Part shown: positions 53,782 through 64,000 of the stretch, in pieces
Layout: every line of letters starts with the position of its first letter
How positions within the stretch are numbered: the first letter of the stretch is position 1
DNA from: Escherichia coli
GTDB lineage: Bacteria; Pseudomonadota; Gammaproteobacteria; Enterobacterales; Enterobacteriaceae
Reading direction: 5' to 3' (one strand)
Assembly: GCF_016903815.1 (NCBI RefSeq)
Contig: NZ_CP069973.1
Length of the DNA stretch: 64,000 nt
The notes under the pieces: generated by a model
The model's input: only the letters and a program-made list of their open reading frames with translations
Database searches by the model: none
Told to the model about the DNA's origin: nothing
Translations under genes and position numbers: made by a program

Positions 53782-54947
53782 TAACGGGGATGGCAATTGA
53801 CGCCGGTGCCAGCCTTGCACCGGCATTTATGTTGACGCTGAACAGCCAGGACATTACCAGCAATTTTAGTGACCGATTGATTTCTCTCACCATGACCGAT
53901 AACCGGGGTTTTGAGGCTGACCAGCTCGATATTGAGCTTGATGATACCGACGGGAAAGTTGAGTTACCCCTGCGCGGGGCAGTGCTGACGCTGTGGCTTG
54001 GCTGGCAGGGCTCGGCGTTGCTGAATAAGGGGGATTTTACGGTCGATGAGATTGAGCACCGGGGAGCGCCTGACACCCTGACCATCCGGGCGCGCAGCGC
54101 GGACTTTCGCGGCACGCTAAATTCCAGGCGTGAAGAGTCATGGCATGACACCACCATCGGAGAACTGGTCAGCACCATCGCAAAACGCAATAAACTGACG
54201 GCCAGTGTCGCTGATTCACTGAAAAAAATCCCGGTACCGCATATCGACCAGTCGCAGGAGTCCGACGCGGTGTTTCTGACCCGGCTAGCTGACCGAAACG
54301 GAGCTGCGGTGTCAGTGAAAGCGGGGAAATTGCTGTTTCTGAAAGCCGGTAGTGCGATGACGGCCAGCGGCAGACCCATCCCGCAAATGACGCTGCCCCG
54401 TAGCAATGGTGACCGTCATCAATTTGCTATTGCCGACCGTGGGGCTTATACCGGCGTAACGGCAAAATGGTTGCACACCAAAGACCCGAAGCCGCAAAAG
54501 CAAAAAGTGACGCTGAAACGCCAGCCAAAAGAGAAACACCTACGCGCACTGGAGCACCCGAAAGCAAAGCCTGTCAGCAAAAAGACAAAGGCCAAAAAAG
54601 AGCAGGAGGCTCGCGAGGGTGAGTATATGGCCGGTGAAGCCGATAACGTGCTGGCGCTGACAACGGTCTACGCATCAAAGGCGCAGGCGATGCGTGCCGC
54701 TCAGGCTAAGTGGGATAAACTGCAGCGAGGCGTTGCGGAGTTTTCAATCACACTGGCGCTAGGGCGAGCGGATTTATTTCCTGAGACGCCTGTACGTGTG
54801 TCGGGCTTTAAGCGCGTAATAGACGAACAGGTATGGTTAATCAGTAAAGTAACTCACATTCTGAATAATAGTGGCTTCACGACGGGGTTAGAGCTTGAGG
54901 TTAAGCTATCTGATATAGAGTACAGCTCAGAGGAAAGCGAAATATAA
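53778..54947 (+). CDS. D: Tail protein D (late control D family)
   Basis: The 389-aa product is in the gpD position. Confidence 0.9.
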   Translation: MITGMAIDAGASLAPAFMLTLNSQDITSNFSDRLISLTMTDNRGFEADQLDIELDDTDGKVELPLRGAVLTLWLGWQGSALLNKGDFTVDEIEHRGAPDTLTIRARSADFRGTLNSRREESWHDTTIGELVSTIAKRNKLTASVADSLKKIPVPHIDQSQESDAVFLTRLADRNGAAVSVKAGKLLFLKAGSAMTASGRPIPQMTLPRSNGDRHQFAIADRGAYTGVTAKWLHTKDPKPQKQKVTLKRQPKEKHLRALEHPKAKPVSKKTKAKKEQEAREGEYMAGEADNVLALTTVYASKAQAMRAAQAKWDKLQRGVAEFSITLALGRADLFPETPVRVSGFKRVIDEQVWLISKVTHILNNSGFTTGLELEVKLSDIEYSSEESEI

Positions 54948-55022
54948 AAAAGCAAATCATAACTTGCAAATGCAATTTTAGAGTTTATTATTCCCTCAAA
55001 CGCGCCAGCAGGGGGAAAAATT

Positions 55023-55241
55023 ATGATGCACTGCCCGTTATGCCAAAACGCCGCACATGCTCGTACTAGCCGGTACCTTAGCACCGAAACGAAAGAACGT
55101 TATCACCAATGCCAGAACATAAATTGCGGATGTACATTTATCACTTTTGAGACGCTATCAAGATTCATTGTGAAACCGGGCACTGTTGATCCTGCTCCGC
55201 CACATCCCATCAGAAACCAACAACAGCAACTTTGGCTTTGA
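55023..55241 (+). CDS. ogr: Late gene activator, Ogr/186 B zinc-finger family
   Basis: MMHCPLCQNAAHARTSRYLSTETKERYHQCQNINCGCTF has the CxxC...CxxxxC motif and is 72 aa. Confidence 0.92.
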   Translation: MMHCPLCQNAAHARTSRYLSTETKERYHQCQNINCGCTFITFETLSRFIVKPGTVDPAPPHPIRNQQQQLWL

Positions 55242-55262
55242 ACCTGCTTCGGCAGGTTTTTT
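55241..55262 (+). terminator. ogr terminator
   Basis: The sequence is AACCTGC-TTCG-GCAGGTT followed by TTTTT. Confidence 0.8.
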
Positions 55263-55315
55263 ATATCTGTCGCCATCGCGCCAATCTCTGCCGCCAATTT
55301 GCCGCCACCACCAAT

Positions 55316-55344
55316 GAAAAAGGGGTTAGCAATTCGCTAACCCC
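55316..55344 (-). terminator. Phage-borne rho-independent terminator now serving the rplS operon
   Basis: The minus strand reads GGGGTTAGC-GAATT-GCTAACCCC followed by TTTTTCATT, about 40 nt downstream of the rplS stop and inside phage DNA. Confidence 0.7.
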
Positions 55345-55384
55345 TTGTTTCATAACACGCTTTGGATGTAGCGCGAATACGTTA

Positions 55385-55735
<351 letters not shown>

Positions 55736-55773
55736 TTAATCTCTTATCCTGGGTAAACTGATATCTCGGGGGC

Positions 55774-56541
55774 TTACGCCATCCCATCATGTTTATGTTG
55801 CTGTTGTGCGTGTTCCGTTTTGAACTCCGCCAGCAACCTTGCTTGCTCTTCAGTCAGAGCCAGGTTTTCCAGAAGTTCAGGTCTTCTAAGCCAGGTACGG
55901 CCCAGCGACTGTTTCAAACGCCAGCGACGTATCTCGGCATGGTTGCCCGACAGTAACACTGACGGAACTTCCATCCCTTCTAACACCTCAGGCCGCGTAT
56001 AGTGCGGGCAATCCAGCAATCCTTCAGCAAAGGAATCTTCCGTTGCCGAGGCTTCATGTCCCAGTACTCCCGGAATAAACCGGGAAACGGAGTCAATCAG
56101 CGTCATTGCTGGTAACTCACCACCACTGAGAACGTAATCGCCGATTGACCATTCTTCGTCAATTTCGGTTTGGATCACGCGCTCATCTATACCTTCGTAG
56201 CGACCGCACACCAGAATCAATTTTTGATTCGTTGCCAGTTCGCTGACGCCCGCTTGATCAAGCTTGCGTCCCTGTGGTGACAGATAAATCACCTTTGCGC
56301 CTTCACCCGCCGCGGCTTTTGCTGCATGAATGGCGTCCCGCAAAGGTTGCACCATCATTAACATCCCCGGTCCGCCGCCGTAAGGACGATCGTCCACGGT
56401 ACGGTGCCGGTCATGCGTGAAGTCGCGAGGACTCCAGCTCTGGATGCTCAGCAGGCCATTTTTAACTGCCCGGCCAGTTACCCCGTAATCGGTAATTGCG
56501 CGGAACATTTCAGGAAACAGGCTAATTATGCCAATCCACAT
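55774..56541 (-). CDS. trmD: tRNA (m1G37) methyltransferase
   Basis: The 255-aa product is [26 protein letters not shown]... Confidence 0.97.
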   Translation of the reverse strand: MWIGIISLFPEMFRAITDYGVTGRAVKNGLLSIQSWSPRDFTHDRHRTVDDRPYGGGPGMLMMVQPLRDAIHAAKAAAGEGAKVIYLSPQGRKLDQAGVSELATNQKLILVCGRYEGIDERVIQTEIDEEWSIGDYVLSGGELPAMTLIDSVSRFIPGVLGHEASATEDSFAEGLLDCPHYTRPEVLEGMEVPSVLLSGNHAEIRRWRLKQSLGRTWLRRPELLENLALTEEQARLLAEFKTEHAQQQHKHDGMA

Positions 56542-56571
56542 AGCGCCGTCTTTTACCGTTTATCCGGTGGT

Positions 56572-57120
56572 TTAAAAACCAGGATCCCAATCTACTTCGA
56601 TTGAACGAGTAGTGAGATCGACTTTCTTGATAACCTGCCCATCGAGGAACGGTACGAGACGTTCCTTGATACCAAACGCATCTTTCAGGTTTGCCTTAAT
56701 GACGAGAACATCATTAGATCCGGTTTCCATCATATCGACGACTTTACCGAGATCGTAGCCTTCAGTGGTTACTACCTGGCAGCCCATCAGGTCTTTCCAG
56801 TAGTAGTCACCCTCTTCAAGCTGAGGCAGCTGCGATGAATCCACGACAATTTCACAATTCGTCAGTAGGTTCGCCGCATCACGATCGTCAACGCCTTTCA
56901 GCTTGATGATCATGTCCTGATTGTGGTGCTTCCAGCTTTCCAGCTGGACTTGCTGCCACTGACCCGCCTTCTGGATAAACCAGGGCTGATAGTCAAAAAT
57001 GCTTTCGGCGTCTTCGGTGGAAGAAAACACTCTGAGCCACCCACGAATACCGTAAGACGAACCCATTTTTCCCAAAACGATGGGATCAACAGGTGCTTGC
57101 GCGGTGAGTTGTTTGCTCAT
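56572..57120 (-). CDS. rimM: 16S rRNA processing protein RimM
   Basis: The product starts at [20 protein letters not shown] and is 182 aa. Which of the clustered Met codons (57120-57129) is the start is uncertain. Confidence 0.93.
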
Positions 57121-57138
57121 CATGACCACCGTGACAGA

Positions 57139-57465
<327 letters not shown>

Positions 57466-57635
57466 TTACTCATTTTTGCGGAAATTGCAATCAACAGTTG
57501 CTAACTCTGCTGTAAAAGGCCGTCGGCGGTGCAGCCAGTTTGGTGCCGGAGTGCGCGCAGTCACCGGAGCGTACACGCAGTACGTGAGGATGACGAGCAC
57601 ACCCCGGTGCCAAAATGGCAAACAAGCCAGGCCGA

Positions 57636-58997
57636 TTAGCGACCAGGAAATCCCGGCGGCATCATCCCTTTCATGCTTCTCATCATCTTCGCCATTCCGC
57701 CCTTCTTCATTTTCTTCATCATGCGCTGCATGTCGTCGAACTGCTTCAGAAGGCGGTTAACGTCCTGTACCTGCATCCCGCAACCGGCGGCGATACGACG
57801 CTTACGTGAACCTTTGATGATTTCTGGCTTAGCGCGCTCTTTCATCGTCATTGAGTTGATGATGGCTTCCATACGCACCAGCACTTTATCGTCCATCTGC
57901 GACTTGACGTTATCCGGGATCTGCCCCATGCCCGGCAGTTTGCCCATCAAGCTGGCCATGCCGCCCATATTTTTCATCTGCCGCAGCTGCTCAAGGAAGT
58001 CGTTGAGATCGAAGCCGTCGCCTTTTTTCAGCTTGCTGGCTAATTTCTCTGCCTGCGCGCGGTCAACTTTGCTTTCGATATCTTCGATCAGCGACAGTAC
58101 GTCGCCCATGCCGAGAATACGCGACGCGATGCGGTCCGGATGGAACGGCTCCAGCGTCTCAGTTTTCTCGCCAACACCGAGGAACTTGATCGGTTTGCCA
58201 GTGATGTGACGAATAGAGAGCGCCGCACCGCCGCGGGCATCGCCGTCCACTTTGGTCAACACTACGCCGGTAAGCGGTAACGCTTCATTAAATGCTTTTG
58301 CCGTATTGGCCGCATCCTGACCGGTCATGGCGTCAACCACAAACAGGGTTTCAACCGGGTTAATCGACGCATGGACTTGTTTGATCTCGTCCATCATCGC
58401 TTCGTCAACGTGCAGACGACCAGCGGTATCCACCAGCAGCACGTCGTAGAATTTCAGTTTGGCTTCTTTCAACGCCGCGTTAACAATATCAACCGGCTTC
58501 TGACCAACATCAGAAGGGAAGAAATCAACGCCCACCTGCTCAGCCAGCGTCTCAAGCTGTTTGATTGCCGCCGGGCGATAGACGTCGGCAGAAACCACCA
58601 GCACTTTCTTCTTGTGCTTCTCGCGCAGGAACTTACCGAGTTTACCAACGCTGGTTGTTTTACCGGCACCTTGCAGGCCTGCCATCAGCACGACCGCAGG
58701 CGGTTGCGCAGCCAGGTTCAGGGTCTGGTTCTCTTCGCCCATCGCCGCAACCAGTTCGTTACGGACGATTTTGACGAACTCCTGCCCCGGCGTCAGGCTC
58801 TTATTAACTTCATGACCAACCGCTTTCTCTTTTACGCGATTGATAAACTCACGCACTACCGGCAGAGCGACGTCCGCCTCCAGCAGCGCCATGCGCACTT
58901 CGCGCAGCGTATCTTTTACGTTGTCTTCAGTGAGGCGTCCACGGCCACTGATATTGCGCAGCGTGCGCGACAAACGATCGGTTAAATTATCAAACAT
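57636..58997 (-). CDS. ffh: Signal recognition particle protein Ffh
   Basis: The 453-aa product has the GTPase motif GLQGAGKTT and a Met-rich C-terminal M domain. Confidence 0.97.
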   Translation of the reverse strand: MFDNLTDRLSRTLRNISGRGRLTEDNVKDTLREVRMALLEADVALPVVREFINRVKEKAVGHEVNKSLTPGQEFVKIVRNELVAAMGEENQTLNLAAQPPAVVLMAGLQGAGKTTSVGKLGKFLREKHKKKVLVVSADVYRPAAIKQLETLAEQVGVDFFPSDVGQKPVDIVNAALKEAKLKFYDVLLVDTAGRLHVDEAMMDEIKQVHASINPVETLFVVDAMTGQDAANTAKAFNEALPLTGVVLTKVDGDARGGAALSIRHITGKPIKFLGVGEKTETLEPFHPDRIASRILGMGDVLSLIEDIESKVDRAQAEKLASKLKKGDGFDLNDFLEQLRQMKNMGGMASLMGKLPGMGQIPDNVKSQMDDKVLVRMEAIINSMTMKERAKPEIIKGSRKRRIAAGCGMQVQDVNRLLKQFDDMQRMMKKMKKGGMAKMMRSMKGMMPPGFPGR

Positions 58998-59163
58998 TGT
59001 CTCTCGCCTGGGGTGGAAACGGTTGGCCGCAATCGCGACACATCATCAGTATTTTGCCGCAGTATAACATGAAGGCGTCTTTGTTGTTATGCAACGGTTG
59101 GAGCAGCGTTCACCTGACGCTATACTGCTTCTCTTTCTTATTGCTCAAACTGTCGACATCACT

Positions 59164-59955
59164 ATGCCCGTTTTTGCTCTGCTCGCGCTTGTCGCCTACT
59201 CCGTCAGTCTTGCGCTGATTGTTCCCGGTCTGCTGCAAAAAAACGGCGGCTGGCGGCGCATGGCTATTATTTCTGCGGTCATTGCGCTGGTCTGCCACGC
59301 AATCGCTCTGGAAGCCCGCATCCTGCCCGACGGTGATAGCGGACAAAACCTCAGCCTGCTGAACGTTGGTTCATTGGTCAGTTTGATGATCTGTACGGTA
59401 ATGACCATTGTGGCTTCTCGCAATCGTGGCTGGTTGCTGCTACCCATTGTCTATGCCTTTGCGCTTATCAACCTGGCGCTGGCGACCTTCATGCCCAATG
59501 AATACATCACTCATCTGGAAGCAACGCCTGGGATGCTGGTGCACATTGGCTTATCGCTCTTTTCCTATGCCACGCTGATTATCGCCGCCCTGTACGCGCT
59601 GCAACTGGCGTGGATTGATTACCAACTGAAGAACAAGAAGCTGGCGTTTAACCAGGAAATGCCGCCATTAATGAGTATCGAGCGTAAAATGTTCCACATC
59701 ACGCAGATTGGCGTGGTGCTGCTAACGCTCACGCTTTGCACTGGCCTGTTCTACATGCACAACTTATTTAGCATGGAAAATATCGACAAGGCCGTGCTCT
59801 CTATCGTGGCGTGGTTTGTCTATATTGTGCTGCTGTGGGGACATTATCATGAAGGATGGCGTGGACGTCGCGTCGTCTGGTTTAACGTTGCGGGTGCAGT
59901 CATTCTGACACTGGCCTACTTCGGCAGCCGAATTGTCCAGCAGTTAATCAGCTAA
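59164..59955 (+). CDS. ypjD: Inner membrane protein YpjD (CcmC/CcsA-like)
   Basis: A start at MPVFALLALVAYS gives the 263-aa K-12 length (from memory). The product is a polytopic membrane protein. Confidence 0.85.
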   Translation: MPVFALLALVAYSVSLALIVPGLLQKNGGWRRMAIISAVIALVCHAIALEARILPDGDSGQNLSLLNVGSLVSLMICTVMTIVASRNRGWLLLPIVYAFALINLALATFMPNEYITHLEATPGMLVHIGLSLFSYATLIIAALYALQLAWIDYQLKNKKLAFNQEMPPLMSIERKMFHITQIGVVLLTLTLCTGLFYMHNLFSMENIDKAVLSIVAWFVYIVLLWGHYHEGWRGRRVVWFNVAGAVILTLAYFGSRIVQQLIS

Positions 59956-59975
59956 ACCCAGAAAAGGAGTTTCCC

Positions 59976-61262
59976 CTGGAACACATTTCTACTACTACGT
60001 TGATCATTATTCTGATCATCATGGTGGTCATTTCAGCCTATTTTTCCGGGTCCGAAACCGGAATGATGACCCTCAACCGCTATCGTCTGCGACATATGGC
60101 GAAACAGGGTAATCGCTCGGCCAAGCGCGTCGAAAAATTGCTGCGTAAGCCAGACCGCCTGATAAGCCTGGTATTAATCGGCAATAACCTGGTCAATATT
60201 CTTGCCTCCGCGCTCGGCACTATTGTTGGGATGCGTTTGTACGGCGATGCGGGCGTGGCAATTGCGACTGGTGTGCTGACTTTTGTCGTACTGGTTTTTG
60301 CTGAGGTATTGCCGAAAACCATTGCCGCGCTGTACCCGGAAAAAGTCGCTTATCCGAGTAGTTTTCTGCTGGCTCCGCTGCAAATTTTGATGATGCCGCT
60401 GGTCTGGTTGCTGAATGCTATCACCCGTATGCTGATGCGCATGATGGGTATCAAAACCGATATCGTGGTTAGCGGCTCTTTGAGCAAAGAAGAGTTGCGC
60501 ACTATCGTGCATGAGTCGCGCTCACAAATTTCCCGTCGCAATCAGGATATGCTGCTGTCTGTGCTCGATCTGGAAAAGATGACCGTTGATGACATCATGG
60601 TGCCGCGCAGTGAAATTATCGGTATTGATATCAACGATGACTGGAAATCGATTCTGCGCCAACTATCCCACTCACCTCACGGGCGCATCGTGCTCTACCG
60701 TGATTCGCTGGACGACGCCATCAGTATGCTGCGAGTACGTGAAGCCTGGCGGTTGATGTCGGAGAAAAAAGAGTTCACCAAAGAAACCATGCTGCGCGCC
60801 GCGGACGAGATCTATTTTGTCCCGGAAGGTACGCCCCTCAGCACGCAGTTGGTGAAGTTTCAGCGCAACAAAAAGAAAGTCGGCCTGGTCGTCAACGAAT
60901 ATGGAGACATTCAGGGGCTGGTGACGGTTGAAGATATTCTGGAAGAGATAGTTGGTGATTTCACCACGTCGATGTCGCCAACACTTGCCGAAGAAGTCAC
61001 TCCGCAAAACGACGGTTCGGTGATTATTGATGGCACTGCCAACGTGCGGGAAATCAACAAAGCCTTTAACTGGCATCTACCGGAAGATGATGCCCGCACG
61101 GTTAATGGCGTCATTCTTGAGGCACTGGAAGAGATCCCTGTCGCAGGCACCCGCGTGCGTATTGGCGAGTACGATATTGATATTCTCGACGTACAGGACA
61201 ATATGATTAAGCAGGTAAAAGTTTTTCCTGTGAAACCGCTGCGCGAGAGTGTGGCGGAGTAA
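59976..61262 (+). CDS. yfjD: CNNM/CorC-family inner membrane protein YfjD (DUF21-CBS-CorC)
   Basis: The ORF-track start is TTG 60000. From memory the K-12 annotation is 428 aa starting MEHISTTTL, which here would need the non-canonical CTG at 59976, 7 nt after AAGGAG. The start is uncertain. Confidence 0.85.
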   Translation: MEHISTTTLIIILIIMVVISAYFSGSETGMMTLNRYRLRHMAKQGNRSAKRVEKLLRKPDRLISLVLIGNNLVNILASALGTIVGMRLYGDAGVAIATGVLTFVVLVFAEVLPKTIAALYPEKVAYPSSFLLAPLQILMMPLVWLLNAITRMLMRMMGIKTDIVVSGSLSKEELRTIVHESRSQISRRNQDMLLSVLDLEKMTVDDIMVPRSEIIGIDINDDWKSILRQLSHSPHGRIVLYRDSLDDAISMLRVREAWRLMSEKKEFTKETMLRAADEIYFVPEGTPLSTQLVKFQRNKKKVGLVVNEYGDIQGLVTVEDILEEIVGDFTTSMSPTLAEEVTPQNDGSVIIDGTANVREINKAFNWHLPEDDARTVNGVILEALEEIPVAGTRVRIGEYDIDILDVQDNMIKQVKVFPVKPLRESVAE

Positions 61263-61316
61263 CGAAAACGGCCCTGCATTCGCATGCAGGGCCGTGAATT
61301 ATTACGAAAACAGAAA

Positions 61317-61943
<627 letters not shown>

Positions 61944-62032
61944 CTAACTTCGCTTATTATGGGGATCAGTTTCAGGGTTTCAAGGGAAGCACTCACATTG
62001 TCATCAATCTTCGCAACAAGGACCTCGGAAAA

Positions 62033-62911
62033 ATGAATAATCATTTCAAGTGTATTGGCATTGTGGGACACCCACGGCACCCCACTGCACTGACAACACA
62101 TGAAATGCTCTACCGCTGGCTGTACACAAAAGGTTACGAGGTCATCGTTGAGCAGCAAATCGCTCACGAACTGCAACTGAAGAATGTGAAAACTGGCACG
62201 CTCGCGGAGATTGGGCAACTGGCTGATCTCGCGGTAGTCGTTGGTGGCGACGGTAATATGCTGGGCGCGGCACGCACACTCGCCCGTTACGATATTAAAG
62301 TTATTGGAATCAACCGTGGCAACCTGGGTTTCCTGACCGACCTTGATCCCGATAACGCCCAGCAACAATTAGCCGATGTGCTGGAAGGCCACTACATCAG
62401 CGAGAAACGTTTTTTGCTGGAAGCGCAAGTTTGTCAGCAAGATTGCCAGAAACGCATCAGCACGGCGATTAACGAAGTGGTACTTCATCCTGGCAAAGTG
62501 GCGCATATGATTGAGTTCGAAGTGTATATCGACGAGATCTTTGCGTTTTCTCAGCGTTCTGATGGCCTGATTATTTCGACGCCAACAGGCTCCACCGCCT
62601 ATTCCCTCTCTGCGGGCGGTCCTATTCTGACACCCTCTCTGGATGCGATTACCCTGGTGCCCATGTTCCCGCATACGTTGTCAGCGCGACCGCTGGTGAT
62701 AAACAGCAGCAGCACGATCCGTCTGCGTTTTTCGCATCGCCGTAACGACCTGGAAATCAGTTGCGACAGCCAGATAGCACTGCCGATTCAGGAAGGTGAA
62801 GATGTCCTGATTCGTCGCTGTGATTACCATCTGAATCTGATTCATCCGAAAGATTACAGTTATTTCAATACATTAAGCACCAAGCTCGGCTGGTCAAAAA
62901 AATTATTCTAA
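62033..62911 (+). CDS. nadK: NAD kinase
   Basis: The 292-aa product has the motifs [11 protein letters not shown] and NRGNLGFL. Confidence 0.96.
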   Translation: MNNHFKCIGIVGHPRHPTALTTHEMLYRWLYTKGYEVIVEQQIAHELQLKNVKTGTLAEIGQLADLAVVVGGDGNMLGAARTLARYDIKVIGINRGNLGFLTDLDPDNAQQQLADVLEGHYISEKRFLLEAQVCQQDCQKRISTAINEVVLHPGKVAHMIEFEVYIDEIFAFSQRSDGLIISTPTGSTAYSLSAGGPILTPSLDAITLVPMFPHTLSARPLVINSSSTIRLRFSHRRNDLEISCDSQIALPIQEGEDVLIRRCDYHLNLIHPKDYSYFNTLSTKLGWSKKLF

Positions 62912-62928
62912 TTTTACGCCAGCCTCTT

Positions 62929-62948
62929 TACTGTATATAAAACCAGTT
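62929..62948. promoter_or_regulatory. LexA box 1 of recN
   Basis: The sequence is TACTGTATATAAAACCAGTT. Confidence 0.8.
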
Positions 62949-62950
62949 TA

Positions 62951-62970
62951 TACTGTACACAATAACAGTA
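62951..62970. promoter_or_regulatory. LexA box 2 of recN
   Basis: TACTGTACACAATAACAGTA has the CTGT-N8-ACAG pattern. Confidence 0.85.
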
Positions 62971-62996
62971 ATGGTTTTTCATACAGGAAAACAACT

Positions 62997-64000
62997 ATGT
63001 TGGCACAACTGACCATCAGCAACTTTGCTATCGTTCGTGAGCTTGAGATTGATTTTCATAGCGGCATGACCGTAATAACTGGCGAGACCGGCGCGGGTAA
63101 ATCTATTGCAATAGATGCCCTCGGCCTTTGTCTCGGTGGTCGCGCTGAAGCCGACATGGTGCGTACCGGCGCTGCTCGTGCCGACCTGTGCGCCCGTTTT
63201 TCTCTGAAAGATACGCCAGCGGCCCTGCGCTGGCTGGAAGAAAACCAGCTTGAAGACGGTCATGAATGTTTGCTTCGTCGCGTAATCAGTAGCGATGGTC
63301 GCTCACGAGGTTTTATCAACGGTACAGCTGTTCCTCTGTCACAACTTCGCGAACTGGGCCAGTTGTTGATTCAGATCCATGGTCAGCACGCCCATCAGTT
63401 ACTCACCAAACCCGAGCACCAAAAATTCCTGCTTGATGGCTATGCCAATGAAACCTCTCTGCTCCAGGAAATGACCGCACGTTATCAGTTGTGGCATCAA
63501 AGCTGCCGTGACCTCGCACATCATCAACAGTTAAGTCAGGAACGCGCCGCCCGTGCGGAACTGCTGCAATACCAATTAAAAGAACTTAACGAATTTAATC
63601 CGCAGCCCGGAGAGTTTGAGCAAATCGACGAAGAGTACAAACGTCTGGCGAACAGCGGTCAATTGCTGACTACCAGCCAGAATGCATTGGCAGTAATGGC
63701 CGACGGTGAAGACGCAAACCTGCAAAGTCAGCTTTACACGGCTAAACAACTGGTGAGCGAATTGATTGGCATGGACAGCAAACTGTCCGGCGTACTTGAT
63801 ATGCTGGAAGAAGCTACCATCCAGATTGCTGAAGCCAGCGATGAACTGCGCCACTACTGCGATCGTCTGGATCTCGATCCCAACCGACTGTTTGAACTTG
63901 AACAGCGCATCTCAAAACAGATTTCGCTGGCACGTAAACATCACGTCAGCCCTGAGGCATTGCCACAGTATTACCAGTCGCTACTGGAAGAACAGCAGCA
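62997..64000 (+). CDS. recN: DNA repair protein RecN (3' end outside window)
   Basis: ATG 62997 encodes [42 protein letters not shown] (Walker A). The frame is open to the window end, and it is absent from the ORF track because there is no stop. Confidence 0.93.
   Translation, partial: MLAQLTISNFAIVRELEIDFHSGMTVITGETGAGKSIAIDALGLCLGGRAEADMVRTGAARADLCARFSLKDTPAALRWLEENQLEDGHECLLRRVISSDGRSRGFINGTAVPLSQLRELGQLLIQIHGQHAHQLLTKPEHQKFLLDGYANETSLLQEMTARYQLWHQSCRDLAHHQQLSQERAARAELLQYQLKELNEFNPQPGEFEQIDEEYKRLANSGQLLTTSQNALAVMADGEDANLQSQLYTAKQLVSELIGMDSKLSGVLDMLEEATIQIAEASDELRHYCDRLDLDPNRLFELEQRISKQISLARKHHVSPEALPQYYQSLLEEQQ

Overview
Escherichia coli chromosome segment, identified from the translated proteins and rRNA sequence. 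From memory, gene order matches the K-12 backbone patZ-pssA-yfiM-kgtP-rrnG(5S-23S-tRNAGlu-16S)-clpB-yfiH-rluD-bamD-raiA-pheLA-tyrA-aroF-yfiLRNB | rplS-trmD-rimM-rpsP-ffh-ypjD-yfjD-grpE-nadK-recN. Two insertions interrupt that backbone. (1) A 1432-bp IS3-family element (IS1397-like) at 3987-5418 sits in the loop of a REP palindrome between kgtP and the rrnG terminator. (2) A roughly 31.9-kb P2/186-like prophage (23534-55399) is integrated in the last codons of rplS and flanked by a 13-bp direct repeat. The prophage has a complete-looking set of core genes: int, CI, Apl/Cox, 186-type CII, Fil, gpA, cos, Q P O N M L X, lysis cassette, R S V W J I H G, FI FII E/E+E' T U D, and Ogr/B. It also carries several AT-rich cargo genes I cannot assign to any core function. 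A 313-aa protein with a C-terminal RNDNFH (HEPN-like) motif lies in the gpA-to-cos slot. A 334-aa HELVH (HExxH) protein is wedged between cos and the portal gene. A 293-aa protein with two predicted TM helices plus pentapeptide repeats lies at the P2 orf30 position. These three are my best candidates for undescribed prophage-encoded phage-exclusion functions. All functional ideas are inference, since I cannot run homology or structure searches. Other notable points are a CI repressor with a tandemly duplicated HTH domain, a LexA-boxed Tum-like/DinI-like module, a Gin/Pin-type invertible tail-fibre segment whose invertase is decayed, and two covarying hairpin-plus-tail repeat units next to cargo genes. 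No CRISPR array was seen.
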